Source: Candidatus Bathyarchaeota archaeon (GTDB lineage: Archaea; Thermoproteota; Bathyarchaeia; Bathyarchaeales; Bathycorpusculaceae). From it: a stretch of DNA of 64,000 nucleotides. Below the pieces are notes generated by a model, which saw only the letters and a program-made list of their open reading frames with translations, was not told where the DNA came from and ran no database searches. Shown here piece after piece: positions 39,250-49,058 of this stretch; the stretch's first letter is position 1, and each line of letters begins with the position of its first letter. The stretch is from the NCBI GenBank assembly GCA_963715865.1, contig OY970280.1, positions 800,001 through 864,000 on the forward strand. Reading direction: 5' to 3'. The position numbers and the translations under genes were made by a program.

Positions 39250-40617
39250 TTAACCAACACCTTTTATGCCATCTAAACTTTGATTGTTACCTCGTTTTTT
39301 GCGAAGTTTAAGCAGCAAAAATAAAGCCGCCAGTAAAATCCCAAACACCGTGACTGCGTAAGCGATAAACTGGAAACTTAGCCCATTGCGGTCTTGGGGA
39401 ACGCTGAGTTTAACAACGTAGAAATCATATAGAGCCTTGCCAATTAAGGCAGGTTGCCCAAACGGGTCCGTCCACCCCACCATAACATACTGGTTTTCGC
39501 CGGCTTCAATGACGCTGTAAGCCTCTTGGAAACCCTCGTTGCCTTGAGTACAACTCCATAAAATTTGTCCAGAACCGTCGATTTTGAAGAGCCAAAAATC
39601 ACGGTTTCCTGCGCCGAAAGAGAAAGTGAAGCCGCCAACTAAGTAACCGCCATCCTCTGAAGGAGTGATACATGATGGTGAATCAGCGTTTTTGCCGCCA
39701 ACGGTTTTAGCCCATAACATATTACCGTTCAAATCAACCTTTACCACCCAAGCATGAATATCAGTCCCTGTCGATTGTGTATCCCCGACAATTACGTAGC
39801 CGTCAGGGGCTTTCGCCATTGCATGGGCTTCTTGCGTCCCTGTTCCACCGTAAGTTTTATTCCAAACCAAGGTTCCATCCGTGTCAATTTGCATAAGTAG
39901 AAAATCATAGCTTGCTCCTCGAGGGTTCGTGTAACCTGCCACCACATAATTGCCATCAGGAGCTAAAACACCGGTTCTTGCAACTGTGTCCACTGCGTTA
40001 CCGTAGGTTTTGCCCCAGACGACATTGCCATTTAGGTCAAGTTTAACTACCCAAGCATGAGAGTCTCCATTCGTGTCGTAGGAGGTTGAACCAACGAGTA
40101 CAAAGCCGTCTTGAGCGGCGAACGCTGAAAAAAGCTTGTTAACTCCTTCTCCGCCGACTGTAGCGTTCCATATTGGGGTTCCTTGAATATCTATTTTTAC
40201 AACGTAACCGTTAACGTCTCCGGACGGTAAGAACTCGTTGCCTACAAGCAAGAAACCGTCAGTTAAGTTAATGGCATATCTTAGTTCGGTGCCTGATCCT
40301 TCAAGGTAAGTTTTGTTCCAAACAGCGTTGCCGTCCTTGTCAAGCCTTAAAGCCCAACCCACGGTGGCGTTTGGCACAATTGATTTAGTTGAACCAACAA
40401 CCAAATACCCGTCACCAGCGGGCACCGCGTAAAATGCGCGGTCGTCACTTGCTCCGCCATAGGTTTTTGCCCAAATCACATTTGCAGGCAAAACGCTGAC
40501 TGACGTACCATCAAGCTTTGGAGATGAAGGATTCTCAAAAGCGCTAATGCTTACAGTCAAAATAATTAAAACCGCTAATAGCAAAACTAAAATCTTAATT
40601 GCTCGATTAGGATTCAT
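39250..40617 (-). CDS. Secreted beta-propeller repeat protein with C-terminal TM anchor
   Basis: About seven W.KTYGG...DG..LVG...W..K.D..G repeats, a signal peptide and an anchor followed by KLRKKR. Confidence 0.85.
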   Translation of the reverse strand: MNPNRAIKILVLLLAVLIILTVSISAFENPSSPKLDGTSVSVLPANVIWAKTYGGASDDRAFYAVPAGDGYLVVGSTKSIVPNATVGWALRLDKDGNAVWNKTYLEGSGTELRYAINLTDGFLLVGNEFLPSGDVNGYVVKIDIQGTPIWNATVGGEGVNKLFSAFAAQDGFVLVGSTSYDTNGDSHAWVVKLDLNGNVVWGKTYGNAVDTVARTGVLAPDGNYVVAGYTNPRGASYDFLLMQIDTDGTLVWNKTYGGTGTQEAHAMAKAPDGYVIVGDTQSTGTDIHAWVVKVDLNGNMLWAKTVGGKNADSPSCITPSEDGGYLVGGFTFSFGAGNRDFWLFKIDGSGQILWSCTQGNEGFQEAYSVIEAGENQYVMVGWTDPFGQPALIGKALYDFYVVKLSVPQDRNGLSFQFIAYAVTVFGILLAALFLLLKLRKKRGNNQSLDGIKGVG

Positions 40618-40678
40618 TCTGCCGCTTCTCTCCTCTCATTGAGCAATAAACAAAGCTTTCCGCATTTTAGATTTTTCA

Positions 40679-41440
40679 TTACCCCACGGAGCATGTTAAA
40701 TTCGCTCCAACAGTTATACCGCGTTGATCCTGACAATACATAGAAACAAGAAGAGTGCCGCTTGGCTGATCAGTTTCAGCAATAAACGATACTGCGTATG
40801 TTCCATTGCCAAAATTAGTTATGCTTGGCGAATCAACTTGTATCCAATCAGTTGCATTCTCGAAGTAAAAGGTGAAGTTTTGCGCTAAAGCAGGTTTGCC
40901 TTCGTTGAGTACGTTGACTGTTAAGTTTACTTGCTTAAAGGTGTCGTTAAGTTGCAAATAGTTTCCGCTCAAATTGACCGCGGAAGTTACATTTACCGCG
41001 TATTCCAAATTAGAAGTCGTGGATGAGCCTGAAGAGTTAAAAGCAAAATTGACATAAGCGCTTGAGACCCCATGACCATCCGTGCCCCATGAAATCCAAA
41101 TACCGTTTTGGTAAGGAGCTGCATTCAGCGGAGTGAAATCCATTTTGATTATGGCTTGGTATGAATTAGAAGAGATTGCTGAATTCAATTCGTTTAGGTC
41201 AGCGGTTAAAACGCCTGCGTCGCCGCCGTTGGTTACGTTTGCTAGTGCGCTAATTAGAGTGTTTCTTGTGCTTTGCTTGTACGCCGGGAAAGCGTTGTTT
41301 TCGTCGGTTCCGATTGTCGGTACTTCTTTTTCAGTTTCAATAATGTAGATGGCAGTGGATAGTAAAAGCAACGCTACCAGTAAAGCTGTGATTACAAGCA
41401 CTTGACCTGAGTTGTCGCGTTTTAGGTCGCGTTTTTTCAT
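40679..41440 (-). CDS. Minor pilin-like protein (class III signal peptide)
   Basis: Start moved to ATG 41440: MKKRDLKRDNSG/QVLVITALLVALLLLS. Confidence 0.75.
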   Translation of the reverse strand: MKKRDLKRDNSGQVLVITALLVALLLLSTAIYIIETEKEVPTIGTDENNAFPAYKQSTRNTLISALANVTNGGDAGVLTADLNELNSAISSNSYQAIIKMDFTPLNAAPYQNGIWISWGTDGHGVSSAYVNFAFNSSGSSTTSNLEYAVNVTSAVNLSGNYLQLNDTFKQVNLTVNVLNEGKPALAQNFTFYFENATDWIQVDSPSITNFGNGTYAVSFIAETDQPSGTLLVSMYCQDQRGITVGANLTCSVG

Positions 41441-41441
41441 G

Positions 41442-41864
41442 TTAATCCACCAGTGACAATTGCAGCCGCAGGATGTAGATTGTGTATGTGCTGTTTTGGC
41501 TTGCGCATAAATAGTCCATTGAAACGATTTTGTCACTTACGGCGCCAGCGTTGCAGATGGGAAAGTCGTTTATGCTATTCATGTCTCTGTCGAATACTGT
41601 TAAGTTAAACCAGACTGTAAGCGGAAGAGCAGATTCAACACAGTCCTTAAGCGCTGTCCAATTTCGGTTATCGACCAGGTTTGCCAAGTGTCCGTTGCTG
41701 TCTAAACTTAACAGAATGTTTTGAGCTGTTGAAACAAGATTTTCTGTTGAATCCTTCAAGCTTGACTGCGCAGGAATAAGCGTTAGACATGACATCAACA
41801 GGACTGAGGCTAAAAATGCTTCTATTATGCGCACTTGCCCTTTCTTGTCTTTTAGCAGTCTCAC
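41442..41864 (-). CDS. Minor pilin-like protein (class III signal peptide)
   Basis: MRLLKDKKG/QVRIIEAFLASVLLM has the K-G/Q cleavage site and Glu near +5. Confidence 0.8.
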   Translation of the reverse strand: MRLLKDKKGQVRIIEAFLASVLLMSCLTLIPAQSSLKDSTENLVSTAQNILLSLDSNGHLANLVDNRNWTALKDCVESALPLTVWFNLTVFDRDMNSINDFPICNAGAVSDKIVSMDYLCASQNSTYTIYILRLQLSLVD

Positions 41865-42910
41865 GAAACCACGTCTCCCAAACTTACATCAAGCCTATAG
41901 AGTACATCGTTTATTGTAACGACGTAGCTGAAGATGTTTTGTTCTGAACCCTCAAAGTTTGAACCTGCTCTCAATGGAATTTGAGGATAAGCGATCCATT
42001 CTTGAAAATACGTGCCGTTATTGAGACCGCAGATAACCATAATTAAGGGGCTTTTGTCAATTATCTCTGGAATTGGGCATTGAGTGGCGCCTTGCATGTA
42101 AGTGAGATTCTGCTGATACGAGTAAGAGAAGACGTAGCCTTTTTGAACCATTAAGCCAGACGAATTTGATGTGAAACTTAGCGTGTAATTAAGCGGACTT
42201 AAAACTAAAATGCCATTGCTCGGTGCTGATTCCTGCGTGGAATTAAGGAAATTGTAGATTGCATATGAGGTTATCCTGTCGTCAAAAGAGGCTCTTGCGA
42301 ACACAATGAGCATAGCGTTGCCAGTTGCTGCGCTTGGGATTTGAACGGTAACGTAGCCAACTCCAACGTTTGAAGTGCTGTTGGTTATGTCGCTCAGATA
42401 GTTGTTTGCTACAACATAGCAGTGTAGGTTTGCGCTTGTGGGTTCGGAATCAATGCTGGTTGAAATTCCAAAGGTAAAAGATACTTCGCTGCCTACTATC
42501 GTGCTGTTGCTAAGTTGCTCAATATTTATGGACATAACTTGAGAAACCATTATGCCCAAAGCTAAATTGTTTAGCTTAGCGGCGTTGGCCATGTCACCGT
42601 AGGATAATGAGTAGTTGTTTAGATTGTTCAACCTGCTGATTTTATCTATGTCTAGTTCATAGGGGATTGTGGAGGGGCTTGTTGCTAAACCGAAGTCAGC
42701 GGGAACACTGCTGCTGGACCCCCAGTTGATGGGGGCTCCAGAGTTTGTTATGAGGTGGTCGGCTATGGCTTTGAGGTAACTTTCTTTGTTAATGTCTTGT
42801 GTGCTGGTTATTCTGGTTTGCATTGTTGAGCATAGAAAAGCGGTTGCTATCAAAGCTGCGGCTACTATGATTGTGCATGCGAAGAAGGTATCCAAAGAGG
42901 CTGATGGCAA
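41861..42910 (-). CDS. Pilus-associated protein with N-terminal hydrophobic helix
   Basis: SLDTFFACTIIVAA N-terminal helix; overlaps the next gene; T4P operon context. Confidence 0.7.
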   Translation of the reverse strand: MPSASLDTFFACTIIVAAALIATAFLCSTMQTRITSTQDINKESYLKAIADHLITNSGAPINWGSSSSVPADFGLATSPSTIPYELDIDKISRLNNLNNYSLSYGDMANAAKLNNLALGIMVSQVMSINIEQLSNSTIVGSEVSFTFGISTSIDSEPTSANLHCYVVANNYLSDITNSTSNVGVGYVTVQIPSAATGNAMLIVFARASFDDRITSYAIYNFLNSTQESAPSNGILVLSPLNYTLSFTSNSSGLMVQKGYVFSYSYQQNLTYMQGATQCPIPEIIDKSPLIMVICGLNNGTYFQEWIAYPQIPLRAGSNFEGSEQNIFSYVVTINDVLYRLDVSLGDVVS

Positions 42911-42926
42911 AGGATTGCTCCTCCTT

Positions 42927-44432
42927 TTAGGTGGTTATTTTCATTCCGAAAGCGCCTGTAAGAAGTATTTGAGAGACAATCAAAGATACGTACGCAGTTG
43001 TTGCCAGCAAAGCTGAATGCTTGAATCCGGCGCCGAAGTTGCCTTCGCTGATTTTTCCGATGAAGAACCCTGAGATCCAGCATTGAATGATTATGCCCAC
43101 AGAGAAGGTTCTAAGTTGGTCTTGCATGGCTATTGAAGCGACTGCCGAGAGGTCTGTGCTGACAATGGTTGTCATCATGGACGAGGTTAAGGCTACTATT
43201 GTGGTTGTGACAGCGATTAATGCGCTCCAGATGAAAGCGAGAAGTATGTAAGGCTTCAAGAGTTCACGCCGATTGACTTGTAATTCGCGTTCTTTTTCAC
43301 TGTATTCGGAAAGTATCTCTAGCGATTGGATTGAGTTGCCGCCGATTTCAATGGTTTCCACCATCATGGCAAAGTTAACTATGACAAACCAGCTCCGAAT
43401 TTCCTTGCGTAGGTTATCAAAAGTTTTTCTTAAGGGTATGCCCCATTCGATTTGGCTGCGGATTAAATCTAAAAATTTGGAGAATGGTCCGTAATCTTTG
43501 CGTTTTGTAGCTTGCACTATGCTTTTTTCTGGTGAAAGCCCAGTTTTTTGTGATTCGGTTATGTCTCGGATGAAGCTGGGAATTGATTCTTCTGCGTTGT
43601 AGTTAATTCTGGCAATGCGCCAATATTGGATAGCAATCGGCAGTGAAGCAGCAACTAAACATATGGTGGTGATTTCAGGTAACCCCACTGGATTTAACGC
43701 TTTTGACAGCGAAGGAACCATTGAGAAGACAGCTATTATGGCGAATGCTGGGGCTATGAAGAATAAGGCTTTTTTGTAGAGGTCTTTTAGGTCGGGGAAA
43801 GCGCTTCTTTGCATGTTATGCGCTATCAAAATGAAGATGCCTGACATCACAGGCATAAGGATAAACGCTATTAGGTAAGACGTTGTGGGCGAAATAGAGA
43901 CAGAACTGCTTGAAAGCAGCTGCATAACGCTTGTCGATGCGAAAACAACAAAAAGAATGTACGAGCACAACACTACGATTAGCATGACCGAGTAGGCTTC
44001 AACCAAAGTAGCGATTCGCTCAATTGACCGGTTCAGGTTAATGTATCTCAGTTCAAAGATTGCTTTCAACTGGCTTTTCATGTAATCAACCAGTTTTCCG
44101 CCGCTTCTAATTGAAGAAACAAAGCCGCCAAGAAAGTTTCTGTATAGCTTGGAGTTCGTGTTTTCTGAGCGCTGTTGCATTACGGTTAAGGGGTCTTTGC
44201 CTAAAACTTCAACCTGTCGAACGACTTCGTCTGCTTCTTGTTTGAATGTTGGAAGGAAAGTAAGTTTTCGCATTTTTTTCCAGCTATCGTAGGGCGAGAT
44301 TCCGCTTGCAGCCATAAGCGTAAAAATCATTACAGCGAATGGCAGTTCCTGCTCAGTTTTCTCTTTTTCTTCACTAGTAGCCTTAGAAAGTAAACCGAAA
44401 ATTTTGCCGAGGAAACCGCCAGGAGCTTTCAT
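42927..44432 (-). CDS. Type IV pilus/T2SS membrane platform protein (TadC/ArlJ-like, two GspF domains)
   Basis: ELPFAV...ASG and IPSFIRDITESQKTGLSPE repeats, multiple TMs. Confidence 0.92.
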   Translation of the reverse strand: MKAPGGFLGKIFGLLSKATSEEKEKTEQELPFAVMIFTLMAASGISPYDSWKKMRKLTFLPTFKQEADEVVRQVEVLGKDPLTVMQQRSENTNSKLYRNFLGGFVSSIRSGGKLVDYMKSQLKAIFELRYINLNRSIERIATLVEAYSVMLIVVLCSYILFVVFASTSVMQLLSSSSVSISPTTSYLIAFILMPVMSGIFILIAHNMQRSAFPDLKDLYKKALFFIAPAFAIIAVFSMVPSLSKALNPVGLPEITTICLVAASLPIAIQYWRIARINYNAEESIPSFIRDITESQKTGLSPEKSIVQATKRKDYGPFSKFLDLIRSQIEWGIPLRKTFDNLRKEIRSWFVIVNFAMMVETIEIGGNSIQSLEILSEYSEKERELQVNRRELLKPYILLAFIWSALIAVTTTIVALTSSMMTTIVSTDLSAVASIAMQDQLRTFSVGIIIQCWISGFFIGKISEGNFGAGFKHSALLATTAYVSLIVSQILLTGAFGMKITT

Positions 44433-44435
44433 TTG

Positions 44436-46025
44436 TTATTGCTCCTTTGAAGCTTCTTTGGCGGCTAATTCCGCAAGATTAAGTGAACTGTTTAATGCTT
44501 TGTGGACGCTTCTGAAGTCACGAAGGTTTTTCTCAACCATCTTCAGCATAATTTGTTTTCTTCGCTCAAACTCTTCTTGAACAACGCTCAATGGAGCATC
44601 AAGGTTTTGGGCTATTTTGGATAGTAAGTAGCTTTTGTCCAGGTTTTGTTCGAAAGTGTCTGAGGACAAGTTCCAATTGAAAACTTCGTGGGGAACGCCG
44701 TTATTATCGATTTCAGCGACTTTAACAAATTTTCTGGATGACATTTTTCGTTCTTGCGGGTTGATATTTGAGGTTTTGACTTGCTTAACAACTATTACGC
44801 AATTCATCAGTGACAATATGGTTTGTGGAATGTTCATGGGTGGCTGTGTTAGCCTTTTAATGACTGTTTCCACGTCATCAGCGTGCATTGTGCATAATCC
44901 ACCGTGGCCTGTGGCTAAGGCTTGGAATAGAACGTATGCTTCCTCGCCCCTGATTTCGCCGACAAGGATCAATGCTGGTCTGTGTCTCACTGCTGACTTT
45001 ATTAGGTCGAAGAGTGTGACTTCGCCTTCACTGTCTCCTCCGAATCCTATTCGTGCAACGGTTGACACCCAGTTTTCTTGGGGAAGATTAATCTCTTGAA
45101 CTTCTTCAACTGAAATCATTTTAAAGTCTGGTCGAACTAGGCAAGCAATAGCGTTCAATGCGGTTGTTTTTCCTGCGCCTGTTGGTCCTACAATCATAAC
45201 TGACATTTTGTTTTCCATTAGCATCCAGAGGAAAGCGCCAATTGACTCGTCGATGGTTTCGTTTATTATCAAGTCAACGATAGTTAGTGGATCTTCTTTG
45301 AATTTTCTTATAGTGAAGCTTGTTCCGGCAGGGGTTGTTTCTTTTCCGAAAGATATTGCAAGTCTGTGTTTTCCTGGAAGGGTTACGTCTACTATCGGGT
45401 GGGCTATGCTTACGTGTTTGCCTTGTCTGTGTACAACTCGTGTTATGAAATCGTCTAATTCTTCCTCATCAGTAAAGATAATGTTGGTTCGTGCGTTAGC
45501 GTATTTTCTATGGTAAATGTATATGGGCTTGTTTGTGCCTAAACAACTTATATCTTCTATTAACGGATCGTTTATGAGTCCTTCGATTTTTCCGTATCCG
45601 ATTAAGTCTTTTTCAAGGTAGTAAATGATTTTTCTTAGACCCACTTGATTGGTTCCTTCAAGAGCTTTTTGGTGCTCTTCTAGTATGGCTGGAAGCTGCC
45701 TATGGAATGAATCGACTAAGGTTTCGTCTATTCTGGGGGCTTTCAGTTCGTATTCGAGGATGTTTTTTAGTTGTTTGTAGGATTCTCGCTCTTCTCTTGA
45801 CATGGGAAGTTCGTCAACAACGTAGAAGAAACTTCCTTCAGAGTCGTCTTGGAATATCCAAGCATAAGAGAACGGTGGATTGAGGGGGTAACTCTCGATT
45901 TGTGTGTAACCTTCAGGTACCTGGTAGCCCTGAATGCCTAAGTAGGCTATCAGTTCCTCGTCTGAGGTTTTTTCTTTTTCTTGGGTTTCTTCTTGTTTCT
46001 TTTTGCCGATTTTCATCTTAATCAC
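44436..46025 (-). CDS. Type II/IV secretion ATPase (TadA/VirB11/ArlI-like)
   Basis: GPTGAGKTT, RHRP..ILVGEIRG, TGHGGLCTMHA, TIRKF motifs. Confidence 0.95.
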   Translation of the reverse strand: MIKMKIGKKKQEETQEKEKTSDEELIAYLGIQGYQVPEGYTQIESYPLNPPFSYAWIFQDDSEGSFFYVVDELPMSREERESYKQLKNILEYELKAPRIDETLVDSFHRQLPAILEEHQKALEGTNQVGLRKIIYYLEKDLIGYGKIEGLINDPLIEDISCLGTNKPIYIYHRKYANARTNIIFTDEEELDDFITRVVHRQGKHVSIAHPIVDVTLPGKHRLAISFGKETTPAGTSFTIRKFKEDPLTIVDLIINETIDESIGAFLWMLMENKMSVMIVGPTGAGKTTALNAIACLVRPDFKMISVEEVQEINLPQENWVSTVARIGFGGDSEGEVTLFDLIKSAVRHRPALILVGEIRGEEAYVLFQALATGHGGLCTMHADDVETVIKRLTQPPMNIPQTILSLMNCVIVVKQVKTSNINPQERKMSSRKFVKVAEIDNNGVPHEVFNWNLSSDTFEQNLDKSYLLSKIAQNLDAPLSVVQEEFERRKQIMLKMVEKNLRDFRSVHKALNSSLNLAELAAKEASKEQ

Positions 46026-46465
46026 TCACTGGTTAATGTTAAAGTAACAGTTTGGTTCTCGGAGTGGCATTGCAGAAAAGCCCTGCCAGAACAGCTAATG
46101 AAAGACCCTGAAGCATCAATTTGGGCAGGTATGTAAAGGCGAGGGTAGCTTGGATTAACGGTTGTTCCAAAGCCTGATTCAACCCATGCACCAGACGAGT
46201 CGTTCGCTATTCGAATCCAGTAAATTTGATTTCCGATTTGTGAAGGAATATCCAGAAATTGAGTGGTATTTTGGTTGTTTTCGGATGCATGTGCTAGAAG
46301 GGTTAGGCTTTGTGTTGCTACATACTCATCAATGTTTGTTAACTGTTGGTTTTCTGCTTCATTTTTTATGTTTACCATTGAAAGGCTGCAGCTGGAAACT
46401 ATGATTGCGCCAACGATAAGGGCTGCAAACAGTGAGTACACGTAGCTTGGAATTATCGACGGCAT
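46022..46465 (-). CDS. Pilus-associated small protein with N-terminal TM
   Basis: Hydrophobic N-terminus; overlaps the ATPase start. Confidence 0.7.
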   Translation of the reverse strand: MPSIIPSYVYSLFAALIVGAIIVSSCSLSMVNIKNEAENQQLTNIDEYVATQSLTLLAHASENNQNTTQFLDIPSQIGNQIYWIRIANDSSGAWVESGFGTTVNPSYPRLYIPAQIDASGSFISCSGRAFLQCHSENQTVTLTLTSE

Positions 46466-46466
46466 T

Positions 46467-47306
46467 TTACCTAATCCACCTCTCGATTGATATGTTGGAA
46501 ATGACGGTCTCTATGTTGATTATTGCGCCTTCAGGTGTGCTTGAAATCGGAACTGAAACGCTTCCGTTAGCGCCATCCAATTGTGAAGTTATCGCTAAGT
46601 TTTCAGGTTGATAGGAAACTTGGTAAGTTTCAGTGGTTAATTGTGTGCTTGTGCAGGAAATTTTTAGGGGAAGCTCGCCGTGTAATGCTATGGTGTCTGA
46701 AGAGTTCAAGTTAACTATGTAGATGCGAATTTCGGTGACGGCTTTACCGTTTTCCAATCCTGCAGTCGCATATGACACTGTTGGCCGATACCTCAACTGG
46801 ATTTCAGGCCCTTGGTTGCCGTTTGCTACATAAAGCTGACTTAGTGAGGAGCCGCTTTGATTGGTTATTGTTTGGCTGTCGCCTTTTAGGTAAAGTCCAG
46901 TTGCTAATGAGCCTAAATATGGAAGTTCATATGTGACTTCGCCTACCGATGAGTTAAAGATAGGTTCTTCAATGCTTGAGTTGTCATTGATGCTGATTGT
47001 TAGAACATTGCTGGTTGGCTGAATGTTTGTTAATCCGCCTGAATCAGTCAAGTCAAACGTAGCTGAGGAGCCAGGCTGCCATAAAGTTGAAAGAATAACA
47101 TCGTCCAGAGATAGAAAGTTTTGTTTGGCTGTGGAAACTTTGAGAGTTTCGCTTTGCGTATTGAGTCTTTCAACTGAAAAGTAATAGGTAACTGAAATGA
47201 TGCCTAGCGTCGACACTAAAAGTATCAAGAATGTAACGGGTAAAGCTAAAGCAACTTTAGATCGAACAAACCCTCTGAAGAGTCGATTATGCAAGACTGC
47301 GGCCAA
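46467..47306 (-). CDS. Minor pilin-like protein
   Basis: Basic leader ...RSKVA/LALPVTFLILLV followed by a hydrophobic helix; TTG start. Confidence 0.7.
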   Translation of the reverse strand: MAAVLHNRLFRGFVRSKVALALPVTFLILLVSTLGIISVTYYFSVERLNTQSETLKVSTAKQNFLSLDDVILSTLWQPGSSATFDLTDSGGLTNIQPTSNVLTISINDNSSIEEPIFNSSVGEVTYELPYLGSLATGLYLKGDSQTITNQSGSSLSQLYVANGNQGPEIQLRYRPTVSYATAGLENGKAVTEIRIYIVNLNSSDTIALHGELPLKISCTSTQLTTETYQVSYQPENLAITSQLDGANGSVSVPISSTPEGAIINIETVISNISIERWIR

Positions 47307-47460
47307 TTACATCCTCTCGTATGTATGCATTACTATAGAAGAGCTGGAAGAATGGATTAAGCCGTTTGTGTGTATAAACAATTTACGTATTACTTGCAGG
47401 ATTCTACGTAAAAATTGGATAAGCACAAAATCAGCCTTTTTGAATTTAGCGAAAATTTAT

Positions 47461-47500
47461 TTTTAAAAATAAAAAAGAAAGAGGGTGAGGGTTGTTTGGG
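47461..47500 (-). terminator. Oligo-T tract, probable archaeal terminator after pilin copy 1
   Basis: Minus strand reads ccctctttcttttttattttt. Similar T tracts follow copy 2 (about 48265-48300) and copy 3 (about 49000-49025). Confidence 0.45.
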
Positions 47501-47538
47501 GTAGATAACTCTTAGGTTACTTTATTCTAGCCCTTTGC

Positions 47539-48144
47539 TTATGCTGGTGCTACGTACGCTTGGACGTTTGCCTCTTGATAGTACATCGCTTGCGAAGTGA
47601 ACACCGTTATTCCAACAGTTAAGCCTATGTCATTAATGGTGACGCTATCTGGGCCTACAACGTAAACAACCATGCTATCGCCTGATTTCAATGTTACGTC
47701 GCCTGAAGCTACTGCCAATGTCATACCCGTTTTTATAGTATCTGCAGTTGTTAAAATAGCAACGGCATTGTTGGTTGTTCCATCTGTTCCCGGTACGTAT
47801 ACGAGGTCAGCAGTTACTGAGCCAACAGCAGAATAGACCTGAGCCCAGGGTGATGCTTGTCCTCGAACAGTGATTTTATTTATAACTACGTCTCGACCAC
47901 CAGTGTTAATGATTACAAAAGCCGCCTCAGCGGGATATTGACCATCGATTGCGCTTGCGGATTGTGGACACCATACGTGTAGCATTTGCATGGTTAAGCT
48001 TTCTTCTTGAACTCGGGTGCTGGTAACGTTGATAGCAAAGTAAGTAACGACGCCTGCGAGAAGCACTGAAACCACCAGAATAATCAGCGTAGTAACGACT
48101 GTACTTAGAGCCAAACGATTCTTCAGTATATTCTTCATTTTCAT
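47539..48144 (-). CDS. Major type IV pilin (archaeal pilin N-terminal domain), copy 1
   Basis: MKMKNILKNRLA/LSTVVTTLIILVVSVLLAGVV; start moved to ATG 48144 (or 48138). Confidence 0.88.
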   Translation of the reverse strand: MKMKNILKNRLALSTVVTTLIILVVSVLLAGVVTYFAINVTSTRVQEESLTMQMLHVWCPQSASAIDGQYPAEAAFVIINTGGRDVVINKITVRGQASPWAQVYSAVGSVTADLVYVPGTDGTTNNAVAILTTADTIKTGMTLAVASGDVTLKSGDSMVVYVVGPDSVTINDIGLTVGITVFTSQAMYYQEANVQAYVAPA

Positions 48145-48990
48145 TTTTTGTTTCACTGAAAAACCAATCAGCAAATTTTAGATAAGTAAACTTGTGCATA
48201 CAAAAAAATACACATAAACAAGAACCAAGCCAAAAAAATAATAATTTATTTTCTTAAACGAAAAAACTTATTTTTTCAAAAAGAAAAAAAGAAGAGAGGG
48301 GGATTTTTGTGGGGGGTTTTAATGAGCTTTTATTGACCGCTGCCTTCTGCTATTATCAGCTTGCTTGGACGTTGGCTTCTTGGTAGTACATCGCTTGCGA
48401 AGTGAACACAGTTATTCCAACAGTTAAGCCTATGTCATTAATGGTGACGCTATCTGGGCCTACAATGTAAACAACCATGCTAGCGCCTGATTGCAACGTT
48501 ATGTCGCCTGAAGCTGGTGTCAATGCGACATTATGACCTGAGGTACCGTCTACAGCGAGGGCAGATGCAGGAGCATCGGAATCTATGTATGCAAGGTCTT
48601 CACTTACGGTATGAGTTGCGACACCAGCAAAGACTGTTGCACCATCCCAAGCTGCTGCTTGTCCTCGAACAGTGATTTTATTTATAACTACGTCTCGACC
48701 GCCAGTGTTAATCATCAAAAATGCCGCTTCACCTCTACTATTAGCTGAATCGTACCATACGTGTAGTTTTGTTAATTGTAGGCTTTCTTCTTGAACGCGG
48801 GTGCTGGTAACGTTGATAGCAAAGTAAGTAACGACGCCTGCGAGAAGCACTGAAACCACCAGAATAATCAGCGTAGTAACGACTGTACTTAGAGCCAAAC
48901 GATTCTTCAGTATATTCTTCATTTTCATTCTTAATTCACTGAAAAACCAATCAACAAATTTAAGATAAGTAAACTTGTGCGTACGAAAAA
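47560..48990 (-). repeat. Tandem duplication of pilin gene plus about 60 bp upstream region
   Basis: Near-identical 5' coding, central and 3' blocks, and upstream gataagtaaacttgtgc at 48181-48197 and 48964-48980. Confidence 0.9.
48356..48928 (-). CDS. Major type IV pilin, copy 2
   Basis: Leader and N-terminal helix identical to copy 1; start moved to ATG 48928 (or 48922). Confidence 0.88.
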   Translation of the reverse strand: MKMKNILKNRLALSTVVTTLIILVVSVLLAGVVTYFAINVTSTRVQEESLQLTKLHVWYDSANSRGEAAFLMINTGGRDVVINKITVRGQAAAWDGATVFAGVATHTVSEDLAYIDSDAPASALAVDGTSGHNVALTPASGDITLQSGASMVVYIVGPDSVTINDIGLTVGITVFTSQAMYYQEANVQAS

Positions 48991-49058
48991 CGACACCTAA
49001 CAAAAAAGAAACAAAAAAGAAAGGATCGGAGTTTGTTTAACTTTACCCTTTTACGGGC

